DNA of 64,000 nucleotides from Candidatus Latescibacterota bacterium (GTDB lineage: Bacteria; Latescibacterota; UBA2968; GCA-2709665). Under the pieces are notes generated by a model that saw nothing but the letters and a program-made list of their open reading frames with translations, was not told the origin of the DNA and made no database searches. Positions 35,520 through 45,631 of the stretch are shown one piece after another; position 1 is the first letter of the stretch, and every line of letters begins with the position of its first letter. The stretch spans positions 4,032,001 through 4,096,000 of the forward strand of contig OZ250150.1 of assembly GCA_965237675.1 (NCBI GenBank), written 5' to 3'. Position numbers and translations under genes: made by a program.

Positions 35520-36932
35520 TCAAGCCGGCCAGGAAGGCCTCAGAAAATCCCCTGTTTCATGCATCCAGCCGGCAAGTTGCGTTCTCAGGTCGTCTCGTGC
35601 CGCCCGGTGAACCGGGACTTGAGCGAGATTTCGCACTTCGTGTGGATCCGCGCTGCGGTCGAAGAGTTGATCCGCATCGCGATGGTGATAGATATATTTG
35701 TAGTCGGCTGTCACCACGCCCCGTGTGTGAATCCCGCCGTGAATGTAACCGTTGAACTCCACAAACGCCGCGTTGCCGGTATGTACGAGGGCGTCCGACA
35801 GATCCGGCATCAGGCTCTTGCCCTGCACCCGGCACATCGGCGGCAGGTCGAGCAAATCCAGAATCGTCGGCGGCAGGTCCACGTGGGATCCGAAACCCCC
35901 TCGATCGCCGGGTTCGATACCTGGCGCGGATACCATTAATGGCAACTGGATGGATTCCGCGTAAAGCACGCCCTTCTGATAGAGATTGTGGGCGCCGAGC
36001 ATTTCGCCGTGGTCGCACGTGAAAACCACGACCGTATCGTCCGCCCGTCCGGAAACCTCCAGGCCTTCCAGCACCGTACCCACGCAGGTATCCAGGAACG
36101 CCACGAACCCCCAGTAGGTCGCAGCCGCCAACGCCCACCGTTCCCAGGACCAGCCGCGGACGCACTGCGCCCCGGCCGAATCTCGCACGGGCCCCGGCAG
36201 GCTTTCCATATTCTCGCCGAAGCTTGGCGGCGGTACCATCTCATGCGGCGAAAACAAACTGTAGTACGGTTCGGGTACCAGAATGGGAGGATGGGGACCA
36301 CCCAGCGAACACCATGCGGCAAATGGACGGTCGCCCGGCGCCGAACGGATGAACTCGCTCATATTTCGCGCGATGGCCCTATCGGGATGGGCGTCAGGCG
36401 GTTCTGTCCAGCGCGCCGGCACGGGAACGCTGATGCCCCAATCGTGCATCGCTCCACTGTCGGTGGGTGTGGAGATTGGCGCCCTCTGATCGCCGTCTTT
36501 CCCTCCCTGAGCAATCAGCATGCACAGGTGGTCTTCGTACGGGAAGCCGCGAGGCACGAAATGCGCGTATTCCCCGCACCGGTCGTCTTCCGGCGGCCGG
36601 TTGACATGCCAGATCCCTTCGTAGCCGACGTGATAGCCACGATCCATCAGGAAGTCGGACAGCAACTGCTCTCCGGCATTAATGGTTTCGTATCCCGGCC
36701 CGAATGTCGTCGCACCGTGCGCGTGCGGCCAGCGTCCTGTCATCATGGACGGGCGTGTGGGCACACATAGCGGGGTTGCGCAGTAAAACTCCTGGAATAC
36801 CGCGCTCCGCTCGGCCAGCCTGTCGAGATGAGGCGTCGGCACCCGCCCACCGTAGGGGCCCAACGTCTGTCGTTGGAGTTGATCGCAAAGAATCACGACC
36901 AGATTTTTTGATCCGCGCCCTGACATCTCCAA
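35520..36932 (-). CDS. Formylglycine-dependent sulfatase (choline-sulfatase-like)
   Basis: CDQ, CVPTRPSMMTG (CxPxR), PHPP, DHGEMLG, QKG. Confidence 0.9.
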   Translation of the reverse strand: MEMSGRGSKNLVVILCDQLQRQTLGPYGGRVPTPHLDRLAERSAVFQEFYCATPLCVPTRPSMMTGRWPHAHGATTFGPGYETINAGEQLLSDFLMDRGYHVGYEGIWHVNRPPEDDRCGEYAHFVPRGFPYEDHLCMLIAQGGKDGDQRAPISTPTDSGAMHDWGISVPVPARWTEPPDAHPDRAIARNMSEFIRSAPGDRPFAAWCSLGGPHPPILVPEPYYSLFSPHEMVPPPSFGENMESLPGPVRDSAGAQCVRGWSWERWALAAATYWGFVAFLDTCVGTVLEGLEVSGRADDTVVVFTCDHGEMLGAHNLYQKGVLYAESIQLPLMVSAPGIEPGDRGGFGSHVDLPPTILDLLDLPPMCRVQGKSLMPDLSDALVHTGNAAFVEFNGYIHGGIHTRGVVTADYKYIYHHRDADQLFDRSADPHEVRNLAQVPVHRAARDDLRTQLAGWMHETGDFLRPSWPA

Positions 36933-37056
36933 CCGCCACCTCTGCTTTTCCGAACCCCGACTGACGTATTGTCCGTTCCATAATACGGTGTTGTATGTCG
37001 TGTTTTTACTTGTTGAAGAAAACTAGAATCGGTCCGATAATTCCGGAGCAATGCGA

Positions 37057-37719
37057 CTACGTGTCGTCAGTGTTCGCCACCACCAGAGAAACCGCCAACC
37101 AACCCCCTACCGGAATGATATTCGAAACCAGACGCGGGTGTTCCGCCACACGTCTGTTATAATTCTGGATCCCCCGTCTGCCGTCTCCAGCGTGCAGCGA
37201 TTCGTGTACGTGGCCATGGCCATTGGCGTTGTCGGCCACGATCAGACCGCCGACCCTTGTATTTTCCAGCGCAAAGTCCAGATAGACCGGATAGTTTTCC
37301 TTGTCCGCGTCAATGAATACGAGATCGAACGGTCCTTCCCCCACCAGGTTCTTCATCAGGACGGCCCCATCTCCGACGCGTACTTCCGTCCGATCCGCCA
37401 ACCCCGCAGCGGCAAGATTCGCCCGCGATACTTCGGCGTGTTTCGGATCCATCTCGAGCGAAACGAAATGCCCGTCGTCCGGCAGCGACCGTGCCAGCCA
37501 GATCCCCGAGTAGCCGGCGAGAGAACCGAATTCCAGGATTCTTCTCGCGCCGATCGCTTTCGCGAGCATATAAAGGGTCTTACCTGATTCCGGACTGATG
37601 GATATTCGTGGAAGCCCCCGCATCACGGCTCGGGGCATCACATCCTTCAACAGGTCGTCTTCCCGTGCGAACACTTCTCGTCTATAGGTATCCAGGTCGG
37701 GATAGGTCGCGTCGGCCAC
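37057..37719 (-). CDS. O-methyltransferase (caffeoyl-CoA/MdmC-like)
   Basis: ILEFGSLAGYS, FDLVFIDADKENY, GGLIVADN; GTG start inferred. Confidence 0.9.
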   Translation of the reverse strand: MADATYPDLDTYRREVFAREDDLLKDVMPRAVMRGLPRISISPESGKTLYMLAKAIGARRILEFGSLAGYSGIWLARSLPDDGHFVSLEMDPKHAEVSRANLAAAGLADRTEVRVGDGAVLMKNLVGEGPFDLVFIDADKENYPVYLDFALENTRVGGLIVADNANGHGHVHESLHAGDGRRGIQNYNRRVAEHPRLVSNIIPVGGWLAVSLVVANTDDT

Positions 37720-37846
37720 GTCGTCTCCCTCTGAGAGGATATATTTAGATTTCTGCCATGGATTCACGAAACTCCAGCCGTGGTCTGCTGTTGGAACCAC
37801 TCGATGCCGCTGTTGTTACCCTGTGCGTACCCGCGCGCCGGCGCTC

Positions 37847-38851
37847 TTACCGCGAACCGGCTTGCGCCTTCATATAGGCCTCAAAATCAATGACGCGCCC
37901 CTCGTCGGAAGCCACCCCGATGCCTTCCACCATGCCGACGGTGGCCAGATTCCGGTGCCCGCCGAAATCCGGTTCGACCCCTTCGGTCACATACCGATGG
38001 AACCCATCCAGCAGAACCTCTTCAGACGCCGGAACATGATCCATAGGAATGACTTCGTCTTCATCTGCACCTGGGGCGCGCAGGAGCCATCCGTTGTCGG
38101 TCAACTCAAGGGCGCCGCCATCCAGTTCGACCCTCAAGGCCGACCCGCCCTTGTGGGCCGCGAACGTGCAGAGATAACCGCAGGTCGCCCCGCCCTCAAA
38201 TTCGATCCACGCGTGGACACCGGCGCCACCCTTATACGGACTCCAGGGCGGATTGAAACTATGCCCCCACACGCGTACGGGATCGGCGTTGAACAGGAAA
38301 CGAAGGGTATCCAGATCGTGAATGCTTCGCTCCCAGAGGTAGGCATGCTCGTCGACCCCGGAATGGTGTACACGGGGTCTCCACCCGTACTTGGTCATCA
38401 GCCCGTATACAGGCCTTCCGTAAGTGCCCTCCCTCACGAGACGGTTGAGGGTGACATGCGCCGCCGCGTATCTCGCATTCTGACACACGGCCACCCTGAC
38501 ACCCATGTCATCGGCTTCCCGGACCACACGGCACGCGTCGGCCAGGGTTTTGGCGAATGGCTTTTCCACAAGCACATGTTTGCCCGCCCGAACCGCCTGG
38601 AGACACTGTTCGGCGTGTAGCTGCGGGGGAGTAATCACAACGACGGCATCCGCGTCTACGCTATCGAGCGCATCGACCAGAGACCGGTAACACGCGGCTT
38701 CCGACAACCCCGATTCCACCTGGGCCCACTTCAGATTTCCTTCGTTCACGTCGACGAGAGCCACGCTTTCGAAGTCTGAGCGTTCCATCACGCGACGAAC
38801 CGGCCACCTTCCCCTGCCCCCAACACCCAAGTGAATGAGACGTATTGCCAT
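37847..38851 (-). CDS. Gfo/Idh/MocA family oxidoreductase
   Basis: GVGGRG, GKHVLVEKP, IHDLD; GGAGG RBS. Confidence 0.9.
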   Translation of the reverse strand: MAIRLIHLGVGGRGRWPVRRVMERSDFESVALVDVNEGNLKWAQVESGLSEAACYRSLVDALDSVDADAVVVITPPQLHAEQCLQAVRAGKHVLVEKPFAKTLADACRVVREADDMGVRVAVCQNARYAAAHVTLNRLVREGTYGRPVYGLMTKYGWRPRVHHSGVDEHAYLWERSIHDLDTLRFLFNADPVRVWGHSFNPPWSPYKGGAGVHAWIEFEGGATCGYLCTFAAHKGGSALRVELDGGALELTDNGWLLRAPGADEDEVIPMDHVPASEEVLLDGFHRYVTEGVEPDFGGHRNLATVGMVEGIGVASDEGRVIDFEAYMKAQAGSR

Positions 38852-39071
38852 AGGGCCTCCTCGGAATTTTGATTCGGGGCTTATGCCGATGAAGTTCCGG
38901 CATCCGCACAATATAAGGTACATGCCCGGATACCGCACAAATTTCCTTCACCTCATACACACGGACACGACCGTTCTTAATCCTGTTGACATCTATGTCC
39001 GATTGCCCTAATCATGTCTTCAACCGGAAGATGTATCGCATACCCTGACCCTGGCGGAGGAAGGAAACCGA

Positions 39072-40559
39072 ATGCTGGAGACCGTCGATCTTTCACGAAA
39101 ATTGACAAAATCCAAATATAGAGAACTCATACCGGGCCTCGAACTCAAACTCGGGCACCTCCAGCGAAACGCCAGAAAGTGGAAGATTCCAATCGTCGTC
39201 GTTTTCGAGGGCCTGGAGGCCTCTGGCAAGGGTACCCACACCAACAAGCTGCTGCTGGCGTTGGATCCCAGGGGCTTCAGCGTGCACCCGACCCAACCGG
39301 CCAATGAAGAAGAGCGCAGAAAGCCCTTCCTTTGGCGTTTCTGGACGAAGATACCCGAGGCAGGGAGAATCGCGATCTTCGACCGATCCTGGTACGGACG
39401 GTTTATGGTAGAGCGAATGGACAAAACAATCGCTGAAGACGATTGGGTACGGGCATACGACGAAATCAGATCTTTCGAAAAACAGCTTGTCGACGCAGGC
39501 ACCGTCATCGTCAAGTTCTTCCTGCATATCTCCCAGGCGGAACAACGGAAACGGTTCATGAAGCTGCAAAGCAGCCCGTCAACGGCATGGCGCATCACCG
39601 ATTACGACTGGCAAAAGCACGAGAACTACGGCGAATGCCTGGTGGTTGCCACAGAGATGCTGAAGAAAACCCATTCAGATTTTGCGCCCTGGACGCCGGT
39701 CGGGGCTGACGGCTGGCGACGTGCAAACATCAAGATCTTCAAAACCGTAATCGAAGCCGTCGAAGGCCGGATTCGGCAACTGGAGGACGCCGAAGGCTCG
39801 ACTCTGCCGCCTCCGACGAAACTTGGAAAGACCCCTTCCGGCATGCTGAGAAAGGTCGATCTGTCACGATCGATGAAGAAATCCGACTATCGTAAAGCCC
39901 TGAAAAAGCACCAGGCACGCATCAAGAATCTGGAACACGAGGTTCACCGCCGCCGCATTCCCGTCGTGCTGGTCTACGAAGGCTGGGATGGCGCGGGCAA
40001 GGGCGGCAATATCAAACGCCTCGTGCAGAATATGGACCCCAGAGGGTATGAAGTCATTCCCATTTCGGCACCCAACGACATCGAGTTGGACCACCACTAT
40101 CTCTGGCGATTCTGGAATCGAATGCCCAAGACCGGGCATATGGCCATTTTTGACCGTTCGTGGTACGGGAGGGTCCTGGTTGAGCGTATCGAGGGATTTT
40201 GTACGGAATCAGAGTGGAAACGCGCCTACCGGGAAATCAAAGAAATGGAAGAACACCTGACGAACTTTGGCACCGTTCTTCTCAAGTTCTGGATGCACGT
40301 GGACAAAAACGAACAGCTCAACCGGTTTGAGGATCGCAAAAAGAACCTCCACAAACGGTGGAAGCTCGGTGATGAGGATTGGAGAAACAGGGAGAAGTGG
40401 GACCAGTACGAGGAAGCCGTGGAAGAAATGATCCATCGGACCAGCACACCCAACGCACCGTGGGTGATTGTCGAATCAAATTCGAAATATTATGCCAGAA
40501 TCAAGGTATTGAAAACCGTTACCAGAAAACTGGAATCGCGTCTTGGAATAAGACACTGA
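39072..40559 (+). CDS. pap: Two-domain PPK2 (class II), polyphosphate:AMP phosphotransferase
   Basis: Two PPK2 domains with EGLEASGKG and EGWDGAGKGG, DPRG twice, FDRSWY twice. Confidence 0.93.
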   Translation: MLETVDLSRKLTKSKYRELIPGLELKLGHLQRNARKWKIPIVVVFEGLEASGKGTHTNKLLLALDPRGFSVHPTQPANEEERRKPFLWRFWTKIPEAGRIAIFDRSWYGRFMVERMDKTIAEDDWVRAYDEIRSFEKQLVDAGTVIVKFFLHISQAEQRKRFMKLQSSPSTAWRITDYDWQKHENYGECLVVATEMLKKTHSDFAPWTPVGADGWRRANIKIFKTVIEAVEGRIRQLEDAEGSTLPPPTKLGKTPSGMLRKVDLSRSMKKSDYRKALKKHQARIKNLEHEVHRRRIPVVLVYEGWDGAGKGGNIKRLVQNMDPRGYEVIPISAPNDIELDHHYLWRFWNRMPKTGHMAIFDRSWYGRVLVERIEGFCTESEWKRAYREIKEMEEHLTNFGTVLLKFWMHVDKNEQLNRFEDRKKNLHKRWKLGDEDWRNREKWDQYEEAVEEMIHRTSTPNAPWVIVESNSKYYARIKVLKTVTRKLESRLGIRH

Positions 40560-40582
40560 TCCTGAATCCGAGGAGAGTTTCC

Positions 40583-41839
40583 ATGCAGGTAAAAGAAATT
40601 GACATCAGCTTCCACGAAGTGCCATTTACACGGCACAGCAATCAACATCTCATGTACTGGCTGCCCCAATGGCGCATCATCCAGATCTGTAAGCTCACGT
40701 TGGATAACGGCATTGTGGGATGGGGCGAAACCGTTCACAACTACACGTGGGCCCAGGTGCCCGAACAAATCGAACGCCGCATACGGAACCGACCCGCGGC
40801 AGAACTGATGTGGGACGACAGCCTGGGCGCGGGTGTGCAAATGGCGTTGTTCGACGTGGTGGCAAAGGGGCTCGGAGTGCCCGTCTACAGGTTACTCGGC
40901 ACGAAAGTCCGAGACTGGTGCCCCATCTCCTGGTGGCACATGGACATGCCGCCGGAGGACTGGGCCGAAGAATGCCGACAGGCTGTGAACGCCGGTTATA
41001 TGAGCGCCAAACTGAAGGCCCGACCGTGGTTCGATCTGCACGCGTCGGTTCGGGCCGTTCGAGAGGTGGTACCGGATGGGTTTCATCTCGACTTCGACTA
41101 CAACGGCACGCTTGCCAATTCCGCAAATGCCGTTCCGCACCTTAAGGAGTTGGAAGCTTATTCCGAGATTGCCATGGTAGAAACGCCGATTCCCCAGAAC
41201 GACGTCGCGGGAAACCGTCAGATCCGCAGGCGTTTCAACCGGCCTCTTGCCATGCATTACGGTAACCCTCCAGCATTAACAGCGCTGAAGGAGGACGTGA
41301 CGGACGGCTTCGTTCTCTGCGCGGGCGCGTCGCGGTTGTTGAATCAGGCGGCCGTGTGTGACGAAGCCAACAAACCATTCTGGCTACAACTCGTCGGTAC
41401 GGGCATCACGACGGCGTGGGCGGCGCACCTCGGCGCGGTTCTGCAGCAGGCCAAATGGCCGGCCATCACTTGCATGAACATCTGGGAGCATGGGTTAATC
41501 GAAAACCCTCACGAGGTGCGAGGCGGATTCTATCGTGTACCCGAAGCACCCGGTCTGGGCGTCAACGTCGACACTGCGGCGCTAACACGATACGCAGTCT
41601 CTCACGCCTGGGTGGACCCACCCCGCCATCTCTACCGATACGCCCGTGCCAGTGGGGAAGCCACCTTTTACGCCTGCAACCGGCAAGACCTTCACAGGGT
41701 CTACGTGGATGACGCACAGCCGATTTCTGAACCCGGCTCTATCCTGGAAATCGTGCCCGACGACGGCAGCGAAGCATTTGATCGCCGGTATGAAGCCGCC
41801 TCCCGGGAGCCGGTAAGAGAAAAAGCGAAACGTGGATGA
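40583..41839 (+). CDS. Mandelate racemase/muconate lactonizing enzyme family
   Basis: GWGE, ALFDVVAK, KLKARP, DYN, ETP, APGLGV; ATG 40583 with GAGGAG. Confidence 0.85.
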   Translation: MQVKEIDISFHEVPFTRHSNQHLMYWLPQWRIIQICKLTLDNGIVGWGETVHNYTWAQVPEQIERRIRNRPAAELMWDDSLGAGVQMALFDVVAKGLGVPVYRLLGTKVRDWCPISWWHMDMPPEDWAEECRQAVNAGYMSAKLKARPWFDLHASVRAVREVVPDGFHLDFDYNGTLANSANAVPHLKELEAYSEIAMVETPIPQNDVAGNRQIRRRFNRPLAMHYGNPPALTALKEDVTDGFVLCAGASRLLNQAAVCDEANKPFWLQLVGTGITTAWAAHLGAVLQQAKWPAITCMNIWEHGLIENPHEVRGGFYRVPEAPGLGVNVDTAALTRYAVSHAWVDPPRHLYRYARASGEATFYACNRQDLHRVYVDDAQPISEPGSILEIVPDDGSEAFDRRYEAASREPVREKAKRG

Positions 41840-41932
41840 ATCAAATCGTGTTTCCACTTTCAAATCAAGAGGGCGTCGTCGTTAAAGGAAGCCCCCCTTC
41901 TCATCGTGCCGCGCCCTTCTTCTGAGCAGGTC

Positions 41933-43240
41933 TCAGCTCACGAAAGCATCATAGACGGCTCGTACGGCCCGCTTGTAGTCCGCCTCTTCCACACCCACGA
42001 TAATGTTGATTTCGGATGCGCCCTGATCGATCACACGGACGTTGACTCGCGCGTTTGCGAGCGCGCCAAACAACCGTGCAGCGATGCCGATTCGATGTGA
42101 CATTCCCTCGCCAACGGTCGCGATAAGGGCCAACCCGCGCAATAACTCTACGCGATCCGGTTGCAGGATCCGTTGTATATCGTCGACGAGTCCCTCTCCT
42201 TTTTCGCCGAGTTGTTCATTGCGCATAATGACCGACATCGTATCGATCCCGGACGGTGTATGTTCATAACTGATATCGTGCGATGCCACCACCTCCAACA
42301 CCTGCCGGCCAAAGCCCTTCTGCTGGTTCATCATTGCCTTTTCGATAAACAACATCGTAAAGGCCGGTTGTCCGGCCACACCGGCAATGAGATCGTCTGT
42401 CAATTCCCTCCGGGCCAATATTCGGGTTCCGACGTCCTGGGGCCGGTTCGTGTTGCGAATATGGACGGGAATCCCGGCGGCACGTACAGGAAACATGGCC
42501 TCGTCGTGGAACACCGATGCCCCCATATACGCCAGTTCTCGAACCTCGCGATACGTAATTTCACGCACGGGTCGCGCATCCGGCACCAGGTCCGGATCTG
42601 CCATCAGCAGGCCCGATACGTCGGTCCAATTCTCGTAGACCTCGGCATTGACAGCCCGAGCCACAATAGCGCCCGTGATATCCGAACCGCCTCTCGAAAA
42701 CGTCCTCACGTCTCCGCCCGGATCGCTACCGTAAAATCCCGGCACGACGAACAACCCGGTGCCGTCAACCCGTCCCTCGAGCAGGTCGTAGCTGGCGGGG
42801 TCCAGGTGGCCTCCGGGACGAAAACGGATGGCTTCCGCGGCGTCGATGAAGGTTGCGCCCAGGTAATCGGCCATCACACGTCCACACAGATACTCTCCGC
42901 GCGAAGCGACAAAATCTCGAGATGCGCCTTTTTCTATACTTGATTTCAGCTGGTCGAGCAACTGCCCGATATTGAGGGCGATTTCAAGCTTTGCCGCCAG
43001 TTCTTCATATCGGATGCGCACGCGTGAGTACGGCTCTGAGAAATCCAGATTCTGCCTGGCCAGTTCATGGCACAGATAAAGCAGGTCCGTGATTTTCGTA
43101 TCGGCGGCGTTGCGCTTGCCGGGTGCGGACGGCACAATGAGACGGCGACGCGGATCGGCTTCAAGGATTTTCTTGACCTGTTTCACCTGCCGCTCGTCGG
43201 CAAGCGAACTCCCGCCGAATTTGCACACAACCGTTCCCAT
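41933..43240 (-). CDS. lysC: Aspartate kinase
   Basis: CKFGGSSLA, SAPG, SRGE, TFSRGGSDITG, WTDVSG, ELAYMGASVFH; two ACT domains. Confidence 0.93.
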   Translation of the reverse strand: MGTVVCKFGGSSLADERQVKQVKKILEADPRRRLIVPSAPGKRNAADTKITDLLYLCHELARQNLDFSEPYSRVRIRYEELAAKLEIALNIGQLLDQLKSSIEKGASRDFVASRGEYLCGRVMADYLGATFIDAAEAIRFRPGGHLDPASYDLLEGRVDGTGLFVVPGFYGSDPGGDVRTFSRGGSDITGAIVARAVNAEVYENWTDVSGLLMADPDLVPDARPVREITYREVRELAYMGASVFHDEAMFPVRAAGIPVHIRNTNRPQDVGTRILARRELTDDLIAGVAGQPAFTMLFIEKAMMNQQKGFGRQVLEVVASHDISYEHTPSGIDTMSVIMRNEQLGEKGEGLVDDIQRILQPDRVELLRGLALIATVGEGMSHRIGIAARLFGALANARVNVRVIDQGASEINIIVGVEEADYKRAVRAVYDAFVS

Positions 43241-43351
43241 ACCCCGATTTGACCTCCGGTCGGCGCCCGTTCCCCTACCGGGCATGCCCCTTTCTGGCTC
43301 CGTGGCGAATGACCCGCGTATTCTTCGTGATTACGGCCGCAAGGCCTCGCA

Positions 43352-44272
43352 TCAGGCAGCATTCCGCTTCTGGTACAGGCGCAGCTCCTTCAGCAGCTCC
43401 CGAACGGCCCGGTTTTCCGGATCGATCCGTAATGCTTCATTCAACGCATCGATTGCCGCCTGTAGATCGGACGACGCTTTGCTCCGCTCGGATAGCCGCC
43501 AATAACACAGACCAATGACATGATGTGCTCGCGCGCGGTCCTCGTTCGCCAGGAATTCATATGCGAGCGCTTTCCCGGCGAGGTCGACGCCTTCCCTGTA
43601 ACGGGCAGCCCTGAACGTATAGAACGCCGCAAACACCCTCGCATGAGCAACAGCATCGTCTCCGGCGCCATAAACCAGACCCCGACTCACAACCCGGAGT
43701 GCTTCCGGATAACGCCTCACGCCCTCCAGCATACGGGCCACATCTGTTGCCTGCATGCACAATTTATCCCGCCAGTCCTTGTCCGCGGGCGTCGGACGAA
43801 ACTCGTACTTCGACCAGAGACTATCCTGCTGCCCCCAGATTTTAAGCACGCTCTGTATAATTGCGGGATGTCGTGTGATGGCGCCGGATCTGGAAGCCAG
43901 GTAAGTATTGTTGTAAAAATGCCGACCCAGCGACCGGACAACCGGCGGGTATCCCGGCGCGACCGAATCCACGCGAGTATAGACAGACACCCACTGGCCG
44001 TCTCCGAGGCTATCCGAACCTGCCAGCAATGCCTGGGCTTTCGTAAGCTGCTCGTGCCGTTCTGCCGCCTTTGTTCCAGATGGTGTATCGCCGTATTTCT
44101 CGGCGATTTCGGAATACTGCGCGATCGTCTGAGGCAGGGTTTCCAACCGCTCTTCCATATCCCGAAAGACAACATAATACATCCGCTCCGCCTTCTTCGC
44201 TCTTCGGGCCCCCTCATTGTCGCATCCCACGCACAACGCCAGACCCAGAAACACAACAATCACTCTCGACAT
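43352..44272 (-). CDS. Putative lipoprotein with C-terminal TPR repeats
   Basis: Lipobox LCVGC; TPR-like AHHVIGLCY...ALRIDPEN. Confidence 0.7.
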   Translation of the reverse strand: MSRVIVVFLGLALCVGCDNEGARRAKKAERMYYVVFRDMEERLETLPQTIAQYSEIAEKYGDTPSGTKAAERHEQLTKAQALLAGSDSLGDGQWVSVYTRVDSVAPGYPPVVRSLGRHFYNNTYLASRSGAITRHPAIIQSVLKIWGQQDSLWSKYEFRPTPADKDWRDKLCMQATDVARMLEGVRRYPEALRVVSRGLVYGAGDDAVAHARVFAAFYTFRAARYREGVDLAGKALAYEFLANEDRARAHHVIGLCYWRLSERSKASSDLQAAIDALNEALRIDPENRAVRELLKELRLYQKRNAA

Positions 44273-44388
44273 TGCAGATCGCTCCCCGAATGTGAATCTT
44301 CGCATGTTTTCATTCCGCTGTCTCTCGGGCACCAGGCCCGGTAATGGCGTCGCGGCTTCGACCGCATCGGATGCGAAGGGATACAAAG

Positions 44389-45357
44389 CTACTCGAAGTC
44401 TGCGCGAATCAGCATCTCGGATGCACCCTTCTGGCTGATCTTGTCGATCAACCTCCGATTGAATTCGCGTGCCGTATGGTAACCCTGAATCTTGAGTTGA
44501 TAATTCAATGCAATAGCCTCTGCGATGACCGTAATATTCTTGCCTGGATAGATCGGCACGGTCACCTGTTGGACCTCCACGTCGAGAATCGACACCCAGT
44601 CCTCCTCCAGACCCACCCGGTCGTAGGATTCGGTCTCGTCCCATTCCACGAGTTGCACAACGACCTCGACTCGTTTTTGAATCCGAAACGCACCGATCCC
44701 AAACATGTGTCGGACGTTCAGTATGCCGAGACCACGGATTTCCATATGATCCCGCAGCGCATCACCGCATGCGCCAACGAGAATGCCCTGGAGCTTTCTT
44801 GAAACCAGCACGATGTCGTCCGCAACCAGTCTGTGCCCGCGCTCGACGAGGTCCAATGCAATTTCACTCTTCCCGATCCCGCTTCGACCGGTAAACAAGA
44901 GACCGATTCCATATACATCGACGAGAGAACCGTGGATGGCTGTCCTGGGAGCAAACACATCGTCCAGATAGTAAGAAAAAAGATGGGAAAACTTGGTGGT
45001 CGAAAACGGAGTGACCATCAGTGGGATGCCTCGCTGCCTGGCCAATTTCACCATAGTCTGAGGCACCTCGTTTCCGTCGGTAACTACCACACACGGGATG
45101 TCGAACTGGAAAACGGTCTCCAGCACCGTGCGGAGTTTGCGGGCGGAAAGGCCGTCCAGGTACAACATTTCGGAGTTGCCGAGTACCTGAGCGCGGTCGA
45201 ACGTAAAAAGACCCACGAAGCCGGCGAGGACGAGACCGGGTCGGTGTACATCGCTGGAGGTCAGCTTTTTGCCCGTGTTGTCTTTACCGGCAATCAACTT
45301 GAGGGCCAGCTTTTCACCGAAACGTTCAAGGACTTCCGCGATTGAAATTTCCTGCAC
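44389..45357 (-). CDS. hprK: HPr(Ser) kinase/phosphorylase
   Basis: RPGL.LAG, HGSLVDVYG, GRSGIGKSE, LVADD, EIRGLGILN, PGKN; GTG start. Confidence 0.95.
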   Translation of the reverse strand: MQEISIAEVLERFGEKLALKLIAGKDNTGKKLTSSDVHRPGLVLAGFVGLFTFDRAQVLGNSEMLYLDGLSARKLRTVLETVFQFDIPCVVVTDGNEVPQTMVKLARQRGIPLMVTPFSTTKFSHLFSYYLDDVFAPRTAIHGSLVDVYGIGLLFTGRSGIGKSEIALDLVERGHRLVADDIVLVSRKLQGILVGACGDALRDHMEIRGLGILNVRHMFGIGAFRIQKRVEVVVQLVEWDETESYDRVGLEEDWVSILDVEVQQVTVPIYPGKNITVIAEAIALNYQLKIQGYHTAREFNRRLIDKISQKGASEMLIRADFE

Positions 45358-45461
45358 ACGGCGCTCCCTGGTTTGACTTCGTTGTGAAGTGCGACCGAGG
45401 ATCGAATGACAGAGTCCGAACGGACCGGACTCCCCTCGTCGTCCCATAGGCAAGAGCACAT

Positions 45462-45523
45462 AACCTATAGATTTATAGGTTCTTGCAGGACTGCAATATA
45501 TGTCAAAACACCACGACTGTCAA
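45462..45523 (-). promoter_or_regulatory. hprK promoter with downstream 8-4-8 palindrome
   Basis: TTGACA (45523-18)-17-TATATT (45500-495); AACCTATA-GATT-TATAGGTT at 45462-81. Confidence 0.6.
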
Positions 45524-45557
45524 GCAGGTGGATCAATTTGAATACGGGACTTCGGGC

Positions 45558-45586
45558 TTGACTTGGTACCGGCTAGAGGCTATACT
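45558..45586 (+). promoter_or_regulatory. Sigma70 promoter for the membrane-protein pair
   Basis: TTGACT-17-TATACT. Confidence 0.65.
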
Positions 45587-45631
45587 CCCTGCACGGTCCG
45601 ACCGCCGCGATAAATGGAAATCCGATGACGG

